This document shows positions 19,963-30,205 of a stretch of DNA of 54,199 bases, piece by piece. The first letter of the stretch is position 1. Each line of letters begins with the position of its first letter. The position numbers were made by a program, and so were the translations under genes. This stretch comes from a virus (taxonomy: Duplodnaviria > Caudoviricetes): positions 1 to 54,199 of the IMG/VR virus record IMGVR_UViG_3300033080_000004; one strand, written 5' to 3'. The notes below the pieces were generated by a model. The model had not been told where the DNA came from. It saw only the letters and a list, made by a program, of their open reading frames with translations, and ran no database searches.

Positions 19963-20385
19963 TTACTGTTCGGATTCTGGTACAGGAAAAGGATCAAAAA
20001 CATCAAGGTATTCTCTAACCCGCTCAAAATCTAGCCTTGAAACAGGCTTTCTATCTTCTGGAAAATGAAGTACATAATCGTTTTCGCCAATGCAATTAAT
20101 ATGAGTGAGTGTTTTTAGTTTAGCGACTGAGATCACGGATTCATCCTGAAGTTCAATGAACATTTGATCACCTTGATCTTCATCTTCAGTTTTTGCAAAA
20201 GAATCCAACACCAACAGGTTGTTAAGCACCACTATATGTACTTGCAATAACTCAAGTAGATCGGATTGCGCTGAGACTGCTAACGCTAGATCGCTAAGCT
20301 CGCTATCAAGAGGATTTTTGCATTTGGACTGAAAATCTGCAATAATTTGTAGTTGGTTGTCAATTAGTGATTGTAAATGGCTCAT
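19963..20385 (-). CDS. hypothetical protein
   Basis: Likely start MSHLQ; downstream of the promoter near 20532. Confidence 0.6.
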   Translation of the reverse strand: MSHLQSLIDNQLQIIADFQSKCKNPLDSELSDLALAVSAQSDLLELLQVHIVVLNNLLVLDSFAKTEDEDQGDQMFIELQDESVISVAKLKTLTHINCIGENDYVLHFPEDRKPVSRLDFERVREYLDVFDPFPVPESEQ

Positions 20386-20549
20386 AGTTTTGTTGTGCTT
20401 GTATTTTGAATAATTATACGGCTTGACAGTCAACAGTAGTAGCCCAGTGGCCGCGCGTAACCTGACCGTTTAGATCGCAAGCGATGCGATCATTGCCTAG
20501 ATAGGAATACCATAAAGCCTTATCTGGAATTTGTCAACAGTTAAATTTG

Positions 20550-20867
20550 TTAGTCTCTGATAAGATTAATAGTTTTGTAAGAAAACCGAGTAAATACCTG
20601 AACAGATAAATCAAAATACATCATGGCATCACGTATATTGTGCTTGCTGCCGCATTCTTCAGATTCTAAAAACCTGTAAAGCGCATTACTAAATTCAAGG
20701 CAAGGTATTTTAAGGTAGCAAAGCCATAAACTAAAAAGCATTCTAGGTTCTGCATCTATTTCTCCCTTGTTGACCAGATCCTCTAGAACCACCAGATCTA
20801 CCAATATTGGATCGGTGGTAAATCCTCCTTTATTTTCTTCTGTCCAAACAACAATATTATTGTTCAT
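20550..20867 (-). CDS. hypothetical protein
   Basis: AGGA RBS; divergent from the HTH gene. Confidence 0.6.
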   Translation of the reverse strand: MNNNIVVWTEENKGGFTTDPILVDLVVLEDLVNKGEIDAEPRMLFSLWLCYLKIPCLEFSNALYRFLESEECGSKHNIRDAMMYFDLSVQVFTRFSYKTINLIRD

Positions 20868-20895
20868 ATTTTCCTAACCCAGTACAAGAATACTG

Positions 20896-20945
20896 TAGCA
20901 CAATAATATATGCTTAACAAGTGTCAAGCATATATTATTGTGCTA
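20896..20945. promoter_or_regulatory. 20-bp inverted repeat overlapping divergent promoters (candidate operator)
   Basis: TAGCACAATAATATATGCTT-N10-AAGCATATATTATTGTGCTA; contains a minus-strand TTGACA. Confidence 0.75.
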
Positions 20946-20974
20946 AAATAAAAGAAACATAATTAATTGAAACA

Positions 20975-21217
20975 ATGCTGATTAGAAAGACCACAGATCG
21001 TGACTTTATAGGGATAGGGATAAAAATTAAAAAAGCTCGCGAAGCCGATCCTCGGAGCTTAACTGCCATTTGTGCGGCGACTAACATGTGTACCGCCAAC
21101 TGGTATAGGATTGAATCTGAAAATATAACAGCGCTACCACTTGAAACGCTAAGAAAAATTGAAGCGGTTTTAAATACCAGTTTTGGCGTTGTGATTAATG
21201 ATGAACATGAGGTTTAA
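20975..21217 (+). CDS. XRE-family HTH regulator
   Basis: IKKARE....SLTAIC...M....WYRIE.E....LETLRKIE.VL. Confidence 0.85.
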   Translation: MLIRKTTDRDFIGIGIKIKKAREADPRSLTAICAATNMCTANWYRIESENITALPLETLRKIEAVLNTSFGVVINDEHEV

Positions 21218-21512
21218 AATACGTCTTGAGGGTATGCTTATTGGCGCACTTGGAAGGAAGAAAAAGAGCTAATAGAAGACATGGACGCGCCAGATGCGTT
21301 TTATGCCTCTTTGGAGATAAACAAAGTTGGATTACATTTTAATATTCAATTTTTCCCTTTGCATTGGTGGCACAATAATTGGCAAATAAAGCCATTTACA
21401 CACAACAACCAGTACATAAAAGCGTGGGACTGCATACTCCATTGCCCTACCTTTCATGCGCAATGGAGTATGACTAAGTATCTTTAATGACGATCACAAC
21501 ATCAAGACTCCA

Positions 21513-21893
21513 CTAAATCATTAATGCTAAAGTGGCATCCAAACTTACATGCTGCACTCCGCTCAACTCAATCGCCGCTAAAATTTGTTTTGCCGATCCT
21601 TCCATTACCAAAACTGGGGCAATGGAGCCGCCGGAGGTTTTTAAGCCTAAATCTTGAACTGACTGTATGGTTAAGCCTATCGCTAGCTGCAATTGACTTC
21701 GTCTTTGCGCAATCAACGCTTCCCGATAGTCTACCCGCGACGAAAATGCTGCCGGATTTAATTCAGTTACGGGTGCCATACCATTGGTACTTAGAACCGC
21801 GATCACCGTTAATTGATCGTCTTCTGCCGCTTGTATTAATGCATCCCGCAAAGGAATATTAATTTTTGTTAGATGTTTGTCAGTTAATATCAT
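21513..21893 (-). CDS. hypothetical protein overlapping the end of the TROVE-like/TerD gene
   Basis: Overlaps the upstream stop; weak resemblance to stand-alone subtilase propeptide-like proteins. Confidence 0.55.
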   Translation of the reverse strand: MILTDKHLTKINIPLRDALIQAAEDDQLTVIAVLSTNGMAPVTELNPAAFSSRVDYREALIAQRRSQLQLAIGLTIQSVQDLGLKTSGGSIAPVLVMEGSAKQILAAIELSGVQHVSLDATLALMI

Positions 21894-23673
21894 TGTGATT
21901 AAAAAGCTCAAAAAATGAATCTTTGGTTAGGCGATCGCTCGACAAGTCAATATCCGCGTCTTCTGGCGATAGCGCCATCTGCTCAGGCTTAATCAGGTTG
22001 CTTAGCCGCAACGAGTACAGTGCTTTATCAATCATGGCTTGCCGCGCAATTTTACCGATTTCATTGTTGCGACCAACTCGTGAGTCGCCAGATCCGCTAC
22101 CAATTAGATAGAAATCAGCGCTTTGCTCTGTAGGAACTAACACGCCAATCGTTATTTCTTTTTGAGTCATGATCATCGGTGCCGTGAACAAAACTTTAGC
22201 AGGATCAATGACATAATTTTTAGTGATATCGCTACCGCTACCAATAATTAGCTTAAAGGATTGTCCGATTTCACCACGGAATAGATTGTTTTTGATCGAA
22301 TAAGCGCTTTCAATCTTATTGTAGTAAAGATATTCAGTAGCGCCATCAGGGGCGTGTGTAACATCTCCAGAGTATGCCAAGCTGAATGATTGATTGTCAG
22401 AACCACTACGGTAATTGGCATTCCATCCCACGGAATCACTTATAGAATCAGCGCGAAGATCTAAATCTACGCCACCTTCCCAGTAGATGCCAATCAGTCC
22501 AAACTCTTGTATCTGTGGAATACGAATCCTAGTGTTGTAGGGGATAAAGCTCGTAAACTGCTTTTCAGAGCTAGGAATCGCATAATCTACATGACTAGGA
22601 ACATAAATCTTTTTGCTGGTAAAACGCCTTGCAATTTCAGCGTATAGAATATCTTGGTGAGCTTCTAAAACAATTTTATGCGTCTTACCCTTTTTGGCAT
22701 ACCCTTTGCCGTTGCGAATTAAGTAAAAGCGATCGTCAGTGCCAGCAAGTCTTGTATGTAGACTGTTGTAAGCCCGAATGAGTTGAAAGATATTAGCCTT
22801 AGATGCAGCGCCCCGAACCCTGTCAAACCCAAACATGCTAACATTACTCATTACGTTAACAGGTAACGGCTTGTGGGCTTTCTTTGACAGTTTGGAAACG
22901 CGATTAACGATCGCAATATTGTATGGTTGAGAAGCTTTAAAGGCCAGCCATAAAGGTTTTAAGCGGTTAAAATGTTCAGCTAACGCTGTTAGTTGGGTGG
23001 CTGTTAGATTAGGAAATTCGTATTCAGAAGCTTTAATTTTATCAATCAGATCTTTATTCTTGATCAGTAAGGTTTGCCCTGTTGCCTTATAGACGAAGTA
23101 GCGAAAGATGGTCATGGCATCGTTGGGAAACTTGCCGCTACGGTCAATGGCATATAACTGGGCTTCACGATTGGCAATTACTTCGCCGCCTGTGAACACG
23201 TAGCTAAGCTCATCCAGTAAATCAAAAATTAAGGCGATCGTTTCTTGTTTTAACGCAACGCCTAAAGCCAGTAATTTAAAGCTGCGATCTAGAAGTTCTT
23301 GACGGCTTACACCATAAATTACCTTGATCGGCAATTTGTCAGGTAACTCTAAAACCTCAGCAGGAATATAGATCAGCGAATTATCGTAAATGCCTAGCGA
23401 TTCCAGTCCGTAGGTAGAGAAATAATGGAAAATTTGCTCAGTTACAAGCTGAACCATGGAAGCCTGAGTAACTTTTTGCCATGACTTGTGGAATGCCGAA
23501 TTTAGCTGATTGCCGCTTAAAGATTCAGAATCAAGCCATCGCTTAATCGTAAATACCGATTCCGAGGCGGTTGCATGGACTAAAACGCCATGCTTTTCTA
23601 TGAATGAAGAGAGTCTAAAATCGGCGCTTTTAAGTACAACGCCAAACAGAGATAAAGATGGAGAAATGTTCAT
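21880..23673 (-). CDS. ROT/TROVE-like helical region plus C-terminal TerD-like domain (Prok-RING_4-associated architecture; no RING seen)
   Basis: FHKSW, EQIFHYFSTYG, P.SEKQF...P...RI, GIYW...VDLDL, YSGDVTHAPDGATEY; family assignment from recall. Confidence 0.7.
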   Translation of the reverse strand: MNISPSLSLFGVVLKSADFRLSSFIEKHGVLVHATASESVFTIKRWLDSESLSGNQLNSAFHKSWQKVTQASMVQLVTEQIFHYFSTYGLESLGIYDNSLIYIPAEVLELPDKLPIKVIYGVSRQELLDRSFKLLALGVALKQETIALIFDLLDELSYVFTGGEVIANREAQLYAIDRSGKFPNDAMTIFRYFVYKATGQTLLIKNKDLIDKIKASEYEFPNLTATQLTALAEHFNRLKPLWLAFKASQPYNIAIVNRVSKLSKKAHKPLPVNVMSNVSMFGFDRVRGAASKANIFQLIRAYNSLHTRLAGTDDRFYLIRNGKGYAKKGKTHKIVLEAHQDILYAEIARRFTSKKIYVPSHVDYAIPSSEKQFTSFIPYNTRIRIPQIQEFGLIGIYWEGGVDLDLRADSISDSVGWNANYRSGSDNQSFSLAYSGDVTHAPDGATEYLYYNKIESAYSIKNNLFRGEIGQSFKLIIGSGSDITKNYVIDPAKVLFTAPMIMTQKEITIGVLVPTEQSADFYLIGSGSGDSRVGRNNEIGKIARQAMIDKALYSLRLSNLIKPEQMALSPEDADIDLSSDRLTKDSFFELFNHNDIN

Positions 23674-23679
23674 AATTGT

Positions 23680-23947
23680 AGGCGGAAAGTAGTTAAAGTT
23701 ACAGGTTTTAGTATAAAGGAACTTTCTGTGCCTTAAGATTTGGAAGCGGACAGTAAATTACCTAAATTAAAGGAACTGTCTATGCTTCGGATTTAAGGAT
23801 GAGCGGTAAATAAGTCAGGCTAAACCTGAAATTAAAGAAGGAACTGCTTATATCCTTAGTAATACGATAACGCCAAGGGCGCGGGACGAACGGTAGTTAA
23901 TTTGTGGTAGGTGCTCCGAAGAGCGAAAAAGGAACCGTTTATGTCCC
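23680..23947 (-). ncRNA. array of four covarying stem-bulge RNA modules
   Basis: Units at 23883-23947, 23794-23858, 23743-23788 and 23680-23733; each is stem-AYA-stem-UCCUUY-loop-stem'-C-stem'. Confidence 0.8.
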
Positions 23948-23956
23948 ATGAGATCT

Positions 23957-23986
23957 AATTTACATTGAATGGCATTATTTGTCAAC
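23957..23986 (-). promoter_or_regulatory. sigma70-type promoter for the RNA array
   Basis: TTGACA-N18-TAAATT; predicted start a few nt before the first stem. Confidence 0.65.
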
Positions 23987-24281
23987 TATATTTTTATTGA
24001 CTTTTGTTACTGCCGACTCAGCACGATCGCCTTACGAAACAACACGCCATCAATCGGATCGCCGTCTAATGTGAGTATGTCATTGCCTGTCCATAGCGCC
24101 TGCGCCGTATACCAGATGGTAGGCTGCACTATAAAACAGTACTCAATATCTACGACTTGACTGAGTCTGGCTGATGACATGATTTTAGTGGTGTAGTTAA
24201 GCGTTTTAAATCAACAGCGCCCATGGCGGTTAAAGGAACGTATTTTTTGAGCTTTGGATCAAAGATTACAGCTTGTGACAT

Positions 24282-24662
24282 TTAACCTACCGCCTCCGAC
24301 GCGTTCCAAGACAGGCATAGTTCGCTAGTCCAGTCCCAACATATCGCAAGAATATCGCCAAATCGCTGAACATCACTCTTACAACAACCATGTAACATCA
24401 GGCGATCTTGTTCATCAAAATGCCAGTTACTACAGCCGTCGCATTTTACCGAGCCATGTATATACATTTCTGCTTTACCTAAATCACCAGTAATGTCCGA
24501 TAATCCACCTTCGGCAAGTGGATAGACAGGTTTGTCAAACGATCCTTCATGCCAGCTATACCCAAAGGTATCATAAATTTTGTAATCAACATGGTAGGTA
24601 TGGGGAGTAGCCACCACAGTAAACATTAATTCTCGAAAGTGCTTAGTAATTGACTGAGTCAT
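24282..24662 (-). CDS. hypothetical phage protein
   Basis: Overlaps the upstream stop (ATGA). Confidence 0.65.
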   Translation of the reverse strand: MTQSITKHFRELMFTVVATPHTYHVDYKIYDTFGYSWHEGSFDKPVYPLAEGGLSDITGDLGKAEMYIHGSVKCDGCSNWHFDEQDRLMLHGCCKSDVQRFGDILAICWDWTSELCLSWNASEAVG

Positions 24663-25369
24663 TTTGTGTTAATCATTAATTGAGCGAGAAGACCGTAGCC
24701 ATCGTCCCTGCGGTCAATCCACCAATTAGCGTCGCGACCGATAGGACTTAGGCAGAACTTGTTGAATTGATCTGCGGTGATATGTCTGTGTAAACCGTGA
24801 TGAATCGCTACCTGCGCGATTTGGGCAGCCCAGTTACGCTGCTTTGTGCTACCGACAAACTTAGGAGCGATGGCATTGCAAACAAAGTCATCATAGGTTT
24901 TCATGCCAGCGCTTGACTGCGCATAAAACGGATTACTGGCGATGGTGCTGCTAGCTTGTTCTGCTTTGAGTTGTTGGAGTCGGATCGCATACTCTTCGGG
25001 CGTGGGCATGGGCTGCGCTTTAAGAACAGTCTTAGGCTTTTCCACTGGATCGGGAGTTACCGGAATGTTGTTGCCCGTCGCAGGAATAGCGAGAATGGCT
25101 TCTAGATCCTGTTTCTTGGCATCGAGTTGGCGATCGGCTAGTATTTGCCGCGCTTCGCTACCAAGGCTTTCCCAGTAAGCTTTTTTAATTGATTCTTTTT
25201 GGGTGCCTGACAAGGTCTTGTATTCAGTGGCGGTATAAGCTAGGGTCTTGGGCTTAGGAGCGCCTACGGCGCCATTGTATCTGATGTGGAGTTCTGCCAC
25301 GATGTCGTGGACTTCGTGGGCTAATTCATCAACCGGGAAAGCTTTGTATCTGTGTGTTACGATAGTCAT
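24659..25369 (-). CDS. hypothetical phage protein (GS.KQ..WA...WWID.R motif)
   Basis: Follows the promoter near 25466; motif shared with the disrupted ORF 38471-38702. Confidence 0.7.
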   Translation of the reverse strand: MTIVTHRYKAFPVDELAHEVHDIVAELHIRYNGAVGAPKPKTLAYTATEYKTLSGTQKESIKKAYWESLGSEARQILADRQLDAKKQDLEAILAIPATGNNIPVTPDPVEKPKTVLKAQPMPTPEEYAIRLQQLKAEQASSTIASNPFYAQSSAGMKTYDDFVCNAIAPKFVGSTKQRNWAAQIAQVAIHHGLHRHITADQFNKFCLSPIGRDANWWIDRRDDGYGLLAQLMINTK

Positions 25370-25499
25370 AATGATTAACTACTTTTGGTTACTTGGGCGA
25401 TCGCTTTTCAGAAGGCGATCGCCGTTTCTTTTGAACGCCTAAATATTAAGCGATTAACCGCGATTTGTCAACAGAATTTATTGATTTTTTTGGTGACTT

Positions 25500-25925
25500 C
25501 TAGTTTTCGGCCAACGGCGTGTCAAAAGCTAAAAGATCTGACACTCCCAAGAAAACTTTAAAGCGGAATGACTCAGAATCATCATTAAACAAAATCAAAA
25601 TATACTCTGAAAAGTGATAAGCAATCTCTCCTTTAAGTGTTGCCACTCGCTGATTTTCAATACAATGGAGTGTAGCATTATTGCAATTAGAAGCTGTTTT
25701 AAGTACCTCAGCAAAACTTGACTCGTAAAAATGAGTTTCTGTTTCTCGGCCTAACGGGAGATTGTATCGCTTTACAAAATCTAGAAAACAAGCAACCACA
25801 CTATCCTTATTAAGTGGTTGATCTACTCCACTCATTTTCTTTTTAATGACAGCGATCGCGCTTTCATCTAGCGACGTTTTACCTTCTAGAAACTCGCTCA
25901 ACCAGTCAGTAAATTTAATTACCAT
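25500..25925 (-). CDS. hypothetical protein
   Basis: GAGG RBS; promoter near 25984. Confidence 0.65.
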   Translation of the reverse strand: MVIKFTDWLSEFLEGKTSLDESAIAVIKKKMSGVDQPLNKDSVVACFLDFVKRYNLPLGRETETHFYESSFAEVLKTASNCNNATLHCIENQRVATLKGEIAYHFSEYILILFNDDSESFRFKVFLGVSDLLAFDTPLAEN

Positions 25926-26220
25926 AATTGCCTCTATTAATTAATCTGTACATCATTTAGATATTAAACGATTAACCGCGACTTGTCAAGTTGTTATTTC
26001 AGTAAATCATTAATAATCGCGCGAGCTACGCCGGATCTTAAGAATAGTTCTAAACGGTACTCAAGATCCCAATAGTGTTCGCAGGTATTGACGCTCCATT
26101 CAATTTCATCAATCAACCGCAACTTCACCGGATAAGGATCGCCAAGTTCAGCGATTGACAATCTTGTAGTCTGATATCTGCTCTTTAAAGACATCTATCA
26201 CTACGTCAATTGGATCTGGC

Positions 26221-26628
26221 TTAACTGTAGTCATCTAATTTTTCCTTGTTTTGTGTTTGTTTGAGATTCCAAAGAATGTATTGGCGTAAGTATGTTACCT
26301 GAAATTTTTTAAACAGCTCTATGTCGCGATCGTTAGTTAAAAGCGATGGCAGCCAATACATAGCCTTGTCAACTTGATGCGCTTTATCAACTAGTCTTTC
26401 ACTCAGTACGTGGATTATATACCGCAGTCCAAGACGTGGCAATAAGTATTTAAGCCACAACTCAATATCGCTGGCGTTAGCTGCCTCTAACCCTCTTTCT
26501 AGTAGATCCTTAAAATATTTTTTACTCCTAAGATTGGAGTTTGCCATTTTTAGAGCGAAAACAAGATCCACATTAATCATGTGGCAAACACGCATAAACC
26601 AGTCTTCTTCTGAAATTATTTTAATCAT
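26221..26628 (-). CDS. hypothetical protein
   Basis: ATG ORF in a minus-strand run. Confidence 0.55.
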   Translation of the reverse strand: MIKIISEEDWFMRVCHMINVDLVFALKMANSNLRSKKYFKDLLERGLEAANASDIELWLKYLLPRLGLRYIIHVLSERLVDKAHQVDKAMYWLPSLLTNDRDIELFKKFQVTYLRQYILWNLKQTQNKEKLDDYS

Positions 26629-27511
26629 ACGTCTTAATACATGTTAAACATTAACTATCATCCTTATCTTCACCCCACTTTTCTAGCCAATCGCCATCAA
26701 CATCGTCAATATAAAGACGGACGCGATCGGCTCCATGGTCTAACCACGCATTTTCATACTCTCTGGCTTGTTGTAGTAACGCTAAAGCTTTATCAATTGC
26801 CGTTATCATCCTCGCAGAATTTTTCTAGCCAATCGCCGTCAACACCCTCAAAATAGAGATAAACACGATTAACGCCGTGGTCTAACCATGCTTGTTGGTA
26901 ATCTCTTGCGGCTTGCAGTGCCGCGATCGCGTCGTCAACTTCGTGATCGCCCGTTAAAGGAATTTTACGCATCGGTACCAGGAAATTCTAAAAGTTCTTG
27001 ATTGGCGGTGTAGCCATCTCTTAATGATTCTATAAGCAAAAACACGGTCATAATGCCACCTTTATATACTTCCAAAATGTTGATTTAACGGGCGATTTTA
27101 TGTTAATAACACTCACGCCAAAAGTTACTGAATCCGGCGATCGTTTGCAGATATTCATGTCGCAGCAAGTATGCTGTAATAGGACTCGATCGCCTAAGCG
27201 AGCTACAAACATCTCGCCTTCTTTTTTGATTTCAATTGGTTGAAATTCCACGCTTGATAAATTGTAAAACTTGCTCATCCTTTCCTTGCCCAAAGAGTGA
27301 CGCTATGTAGCTAAAAAGTGCTTCGGCATCTTCTCTGGTGCCATCATAGTGCGATAAATCCACATGATTGTCAATAAAGTCTGAAATTTTAGTCATAGTT
27401 GCTCCATTTAGGTGCTTTAGCGGGCGATCGCGCTGCCCATGAGTACAGGGTGTAGAATGCGGCGGTGATTGCAAGTGAACAGGCGATGAGTATTGGTGTT
27501 GTCATATAGTT

Positions 27512-28162
27512 TCAAAATTTTCTAGTTCTTTCCATTTTTCGCAATCCCCATTCCACGGTTCGACCTGGCTCCATGTCAAAAGCACAGCCTGTGCATCCGC
27601 CCTTCCATGAGCCAGACTGTTCACCGATTTCATCGTTAAACTTAACGTCAACCCATATATTTTCCTTGATAAACCAGCTAGACTTTAGCCACTTAAAGAA
27701 TTTAACTTGTCTGATGTGTTTCCTGAGTGTGCAAGTTGCGATTCTGTTTTGAACGGTTCCGTCTCTTAAAACATAAGTGTATGGATAAGACTCAGTGTGA
27801 ACGTTTGACTTGTTGGCTAATTGATCATCCCACTTGGTATCGTTAAACCAAGTCTCATCATTGTTATGAACAAATGAACTTACAAAGGTTTCTACATAGG
27901 GCATCTCAAAATGCTTGCTGTGCTTGCCCCAACATACAACGAAGTTGTGTTCATGCCAATAGAATCCGTATTGACCGCCTTCAAAATCGTATTTTTCCGT
28001 TGGAACATGTTTAAATGGAATGTTAATAAAAATATGTGGAAACCCCAAACATATTGAGACTGTTCCCGTATCGTTATCACTAAAACAGGTGCAGTACTCT
28101 AGTCTAAATCCAAACGATGGATAGATTTCTAACCATTTAGTTCTTAAAATTGGCTTGCTCAC
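27512..28162 (-). CDS. hypothetical phage protein
   Basis: 216 aa, aromatic-rich, C-terminal GSWKGG motif. Confidence 0.7.
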   Translation of the reverse strand: MSKPILRTKWLEIYPSFGFRLEYCTCFSDNDTGTVSICLGFPHIFINIPFKHVPTEKYDFEGGQYGFYWHEHNFVVCWGKHSKHFEMPYVETFVSSFVHNNDETWFNDTKWDDQLANKSNVHTESYPYTYVLRDGTVQNRIATCTLRKHIRQVKFFKWLKSSWFIKENIWVDVKFNDEIGEQSGSWKGGCTGCAFDMEPGRTVEWGLRKMERTRKF

Positions 28163-28481
28163 TATTTTGTGTATGTAATTTAAGTACTGTAAGCGCTACT
28201 TCTTCATCGCGGGTCGAGCCACTAAAACACACCATGCAAAAGGGGTTTCGTTTACCGCCGCGATCAACTTTATAGAATACTTCGGATGTGATTATGCCAA
28301 ATCGGGGTTTAGCGTTGATACCTTGAGGTAATTTAGCGATCGGTCTTCCGATTGTAACTTCAGTGGCTTTCATGACGTTACGATTCCTTGGACTTCTCAA
28401 GTGACTTAAACCAATTCTCAGCAGCTTCTTCTCTGGTTCTACCGTGGATTCCAGTGTAAGAAGATCCGGAGACTTCTTCAA
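28137..28481 (-). CDS. hypothetical protein
   Basis: ORF track; real start probably the internal MKATE. Confidence 0.45.
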   Translation of the reverse strand: MKKSPDLLTLESTVEPEKKLLRIGLSHLRSPRNRNVMKATEVTIGRPIAKLPQGINAKPRFGIITSEVFYKVDRGGKRNPFCMVCFSGSTRDEEVALTVLKLHTQNSEQANFKN

Positions 28482-28632
28482 GAAACACGCTAAAATGGTT
28501 GTCTGCTTTTGGGCTGGAGTAGAAGGTAACGAGCGGACTGTTTGATTTCTTTGCCTTTTGGTAGTCCGCCATGGTTAGAGTACCGCGATCTTTAAATCCG
28601 CCGTATTTCTGATTGAGTTCAATTAAATTCAT
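28378..28632 (-). CDS. hypothetical protein
   Basis: Likely start MNLIE, after the promoter near 28681. Confidence 0.6.
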   Translation of the reverse strand: MNLIELNQKYGGFKDRGTLTMADYQKAKKSNSPLVTFYSSPKADNHFSVFLEEVSGSSYTGIHGRTREEAAENWFKSLEKSKES

Positions 28633-28856
28633 TGGTTTATTTGTTGTTGACCTCTTTATATTATGCGATTGCGCGATGAATGTCAATAGTTAAAATCAAT
28701 TAATACTGATTTGCGTTCGGGTGATCGCATAATCATGTTTAAAAACTGAACTTTGTTTTGAGGACCACTATAAAACTTAGCCACTGATGCGGCGCAATCC
28801 CACTCTTTAAGGGTTAACCCTTCCTTATTCACTCTGTTCATCGGCTTATCTGGCAG

Positions 28857-29336
28857 TTAACAAATAGGTACCAAAAACAAAGCCTTGACACCATCAGTAA
28901 TTACATCATCTTCGCTGTAGCCACTTTCAATGTCTTCATTGGTTAAAACATCTAATCCAGACTCTCCCGACCATGTGTTTTTAGGTCGATAAGCGCCTGA
29001 CCAAATAGCGTCGTTTGCTAATGGAGAAAATCGATTGCCTTCAGCGTCGCTACTTAAAATTACAACGCGATCGTCATCATGTTCTGCAAGAATTTCTTTC
29101 AATTGTCCTACTGTAATCATTTGGTTGTTTTTTGTGTTTACTTGTTCAAATTCAGGGCAGTCTTCGGCGTAATATTCCATGCGGTTAGGATCTAGCTGAC
29201 CGCAGTCTAAATCATCAGGATTGATAACTATATTCTCATTGTTGCAATAGTATTCCTTTTCACCAACTCTTAACCATGTGTCGGTTTCATCTTCTACAAG
29301 AAGGTGTTTGCAGTTATAGCAGCTTCGATCATTCAT
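28857..29336 (-). CDS. hypothetical protein (Cys-rich N-terminus, DAEGN-motif domain)
   Basis: CYNC...C; MITVGQLKEIL...SSDAEGNRF. Confidence 0.65.
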   Translation of the reverse strand: MNDRSCYNCKHLLVEDETDTWLRVGEKEYYCNNENIVINPDDLDCGQLDPNRMEYYAEDCPEFEQVNTKNNQMITVGQLKEILAEHDDDRVVILSSDAEGNRFSPLANDAIWSGAYRPKNTWSGESGLDVLTNEDIESGYSEDDVITDGVKALFLVPIC

Positions 29337-29510
29337 GCGGCAATCTCAGTAATCCTGTATTTATCATCCGGCAAAACAATCAAATCAGCTAACAAAGATT
29401 TAGCCATTTCTTCTGTGGCGATTCCATGGGGAAAAATACTTTTAGCGACGGCGCTTTCTTGCCAAGAGTGCAAGTCAAGATCGAAATATTCTATTTGGTA
29501 TTTCATAACT

Positions 29511-29987
29511 TTAATAACTCCAAGTTGGTGTGTAAGTAGATATATCCCATAGGGGGTTTAATACCCACGTATCGGTTTCATGACTCCAGAGGATCACCCC
29601 TTGCGAGGTGTAGTAGCTGATTTGCCCTCTAGTAATAAAATCACTGCGGAGATCCTTTAGCTTTGTGCCACCAATCATGCGATCGTGGCTAATCTGAATC
29701 TCTCGAAAGGCTTTACCAAAGGCGTGATCGCCAGTGAATGTACAGGCATTGTTTACCACTCGCCAAAACCAATAGCGGCTAATGATTAGTGGTTGTAAAA
29801 TCTCCCATTCTGATCCGGCGATCGCGGGCATAATTTCAGCGTCAGGAAGGCTTGCTACGCCTCTGATCTCTAAAGCGCGATCGTATAGGAATTGTGTTCT
29901 GATTTCATCTAGAACGTTGGATACGGTGCCGATGTAGGTTCCAGTTTGCCATAGTTTTAGCTGGCATTGTTCTTTAAATGTTGTCAC
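29511..29987 (-). CDS. hypothetical protein
   Basis: Part of an overlapping minus-strand gene run. Confidence 0.55.
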   Translation of the reverse strand: MTTFKEQCQLKLWQTGTYIGTVSNVLDEIRTQFLYDRALEIRGVASLPDAEIMPAIAGSEWEILQPLIISRYWFWRVVNNACTFTGDHAFGKAFREIQISHDRMIGGTKLKDLRSDFITRGQISYYTSQGVILWSHETDTWVLNPLWDISTYTPTWSY

Positions 29988-30202
29988 GTTTCTAGATCCT
30001 CGTTAGCTTCTAAGGCGGCTTCAAGTAATTGGTTATGAAGCCTAGCGTTCATGCCCATTTGTACAAGATTTTCTCTGAGTAGCTTATTGTTAAGCTCTAC
30101 GAGTCTTAGCTTGTAACTATTAAATACAGTATCTTCCTTTAAGCCGTCTGGAAGTCCGTTTAAATACGTTTCAAGATCGTTAATTTCTTCTAGGATTGTC
30201 AT
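29984..30202 (-). CDS. hypothetical protein
   Basis: Operon spacing. Confidence 0.55.
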   Translation of the reverse strand: MTILEEINDLETYLNGLPDGLKEDTVFNSYKLRLVELNNKLLRENLVQMGMNARLHNQLLEAALEANEDLET

Positions 30203-30205
30203 GGT

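Noticed and set aside
23680-23947. RNA array as CRISPR or stacked terminators
   Set aside because: Units conserve structure rather than sequence, and there is no consistent U-tract after the stems.
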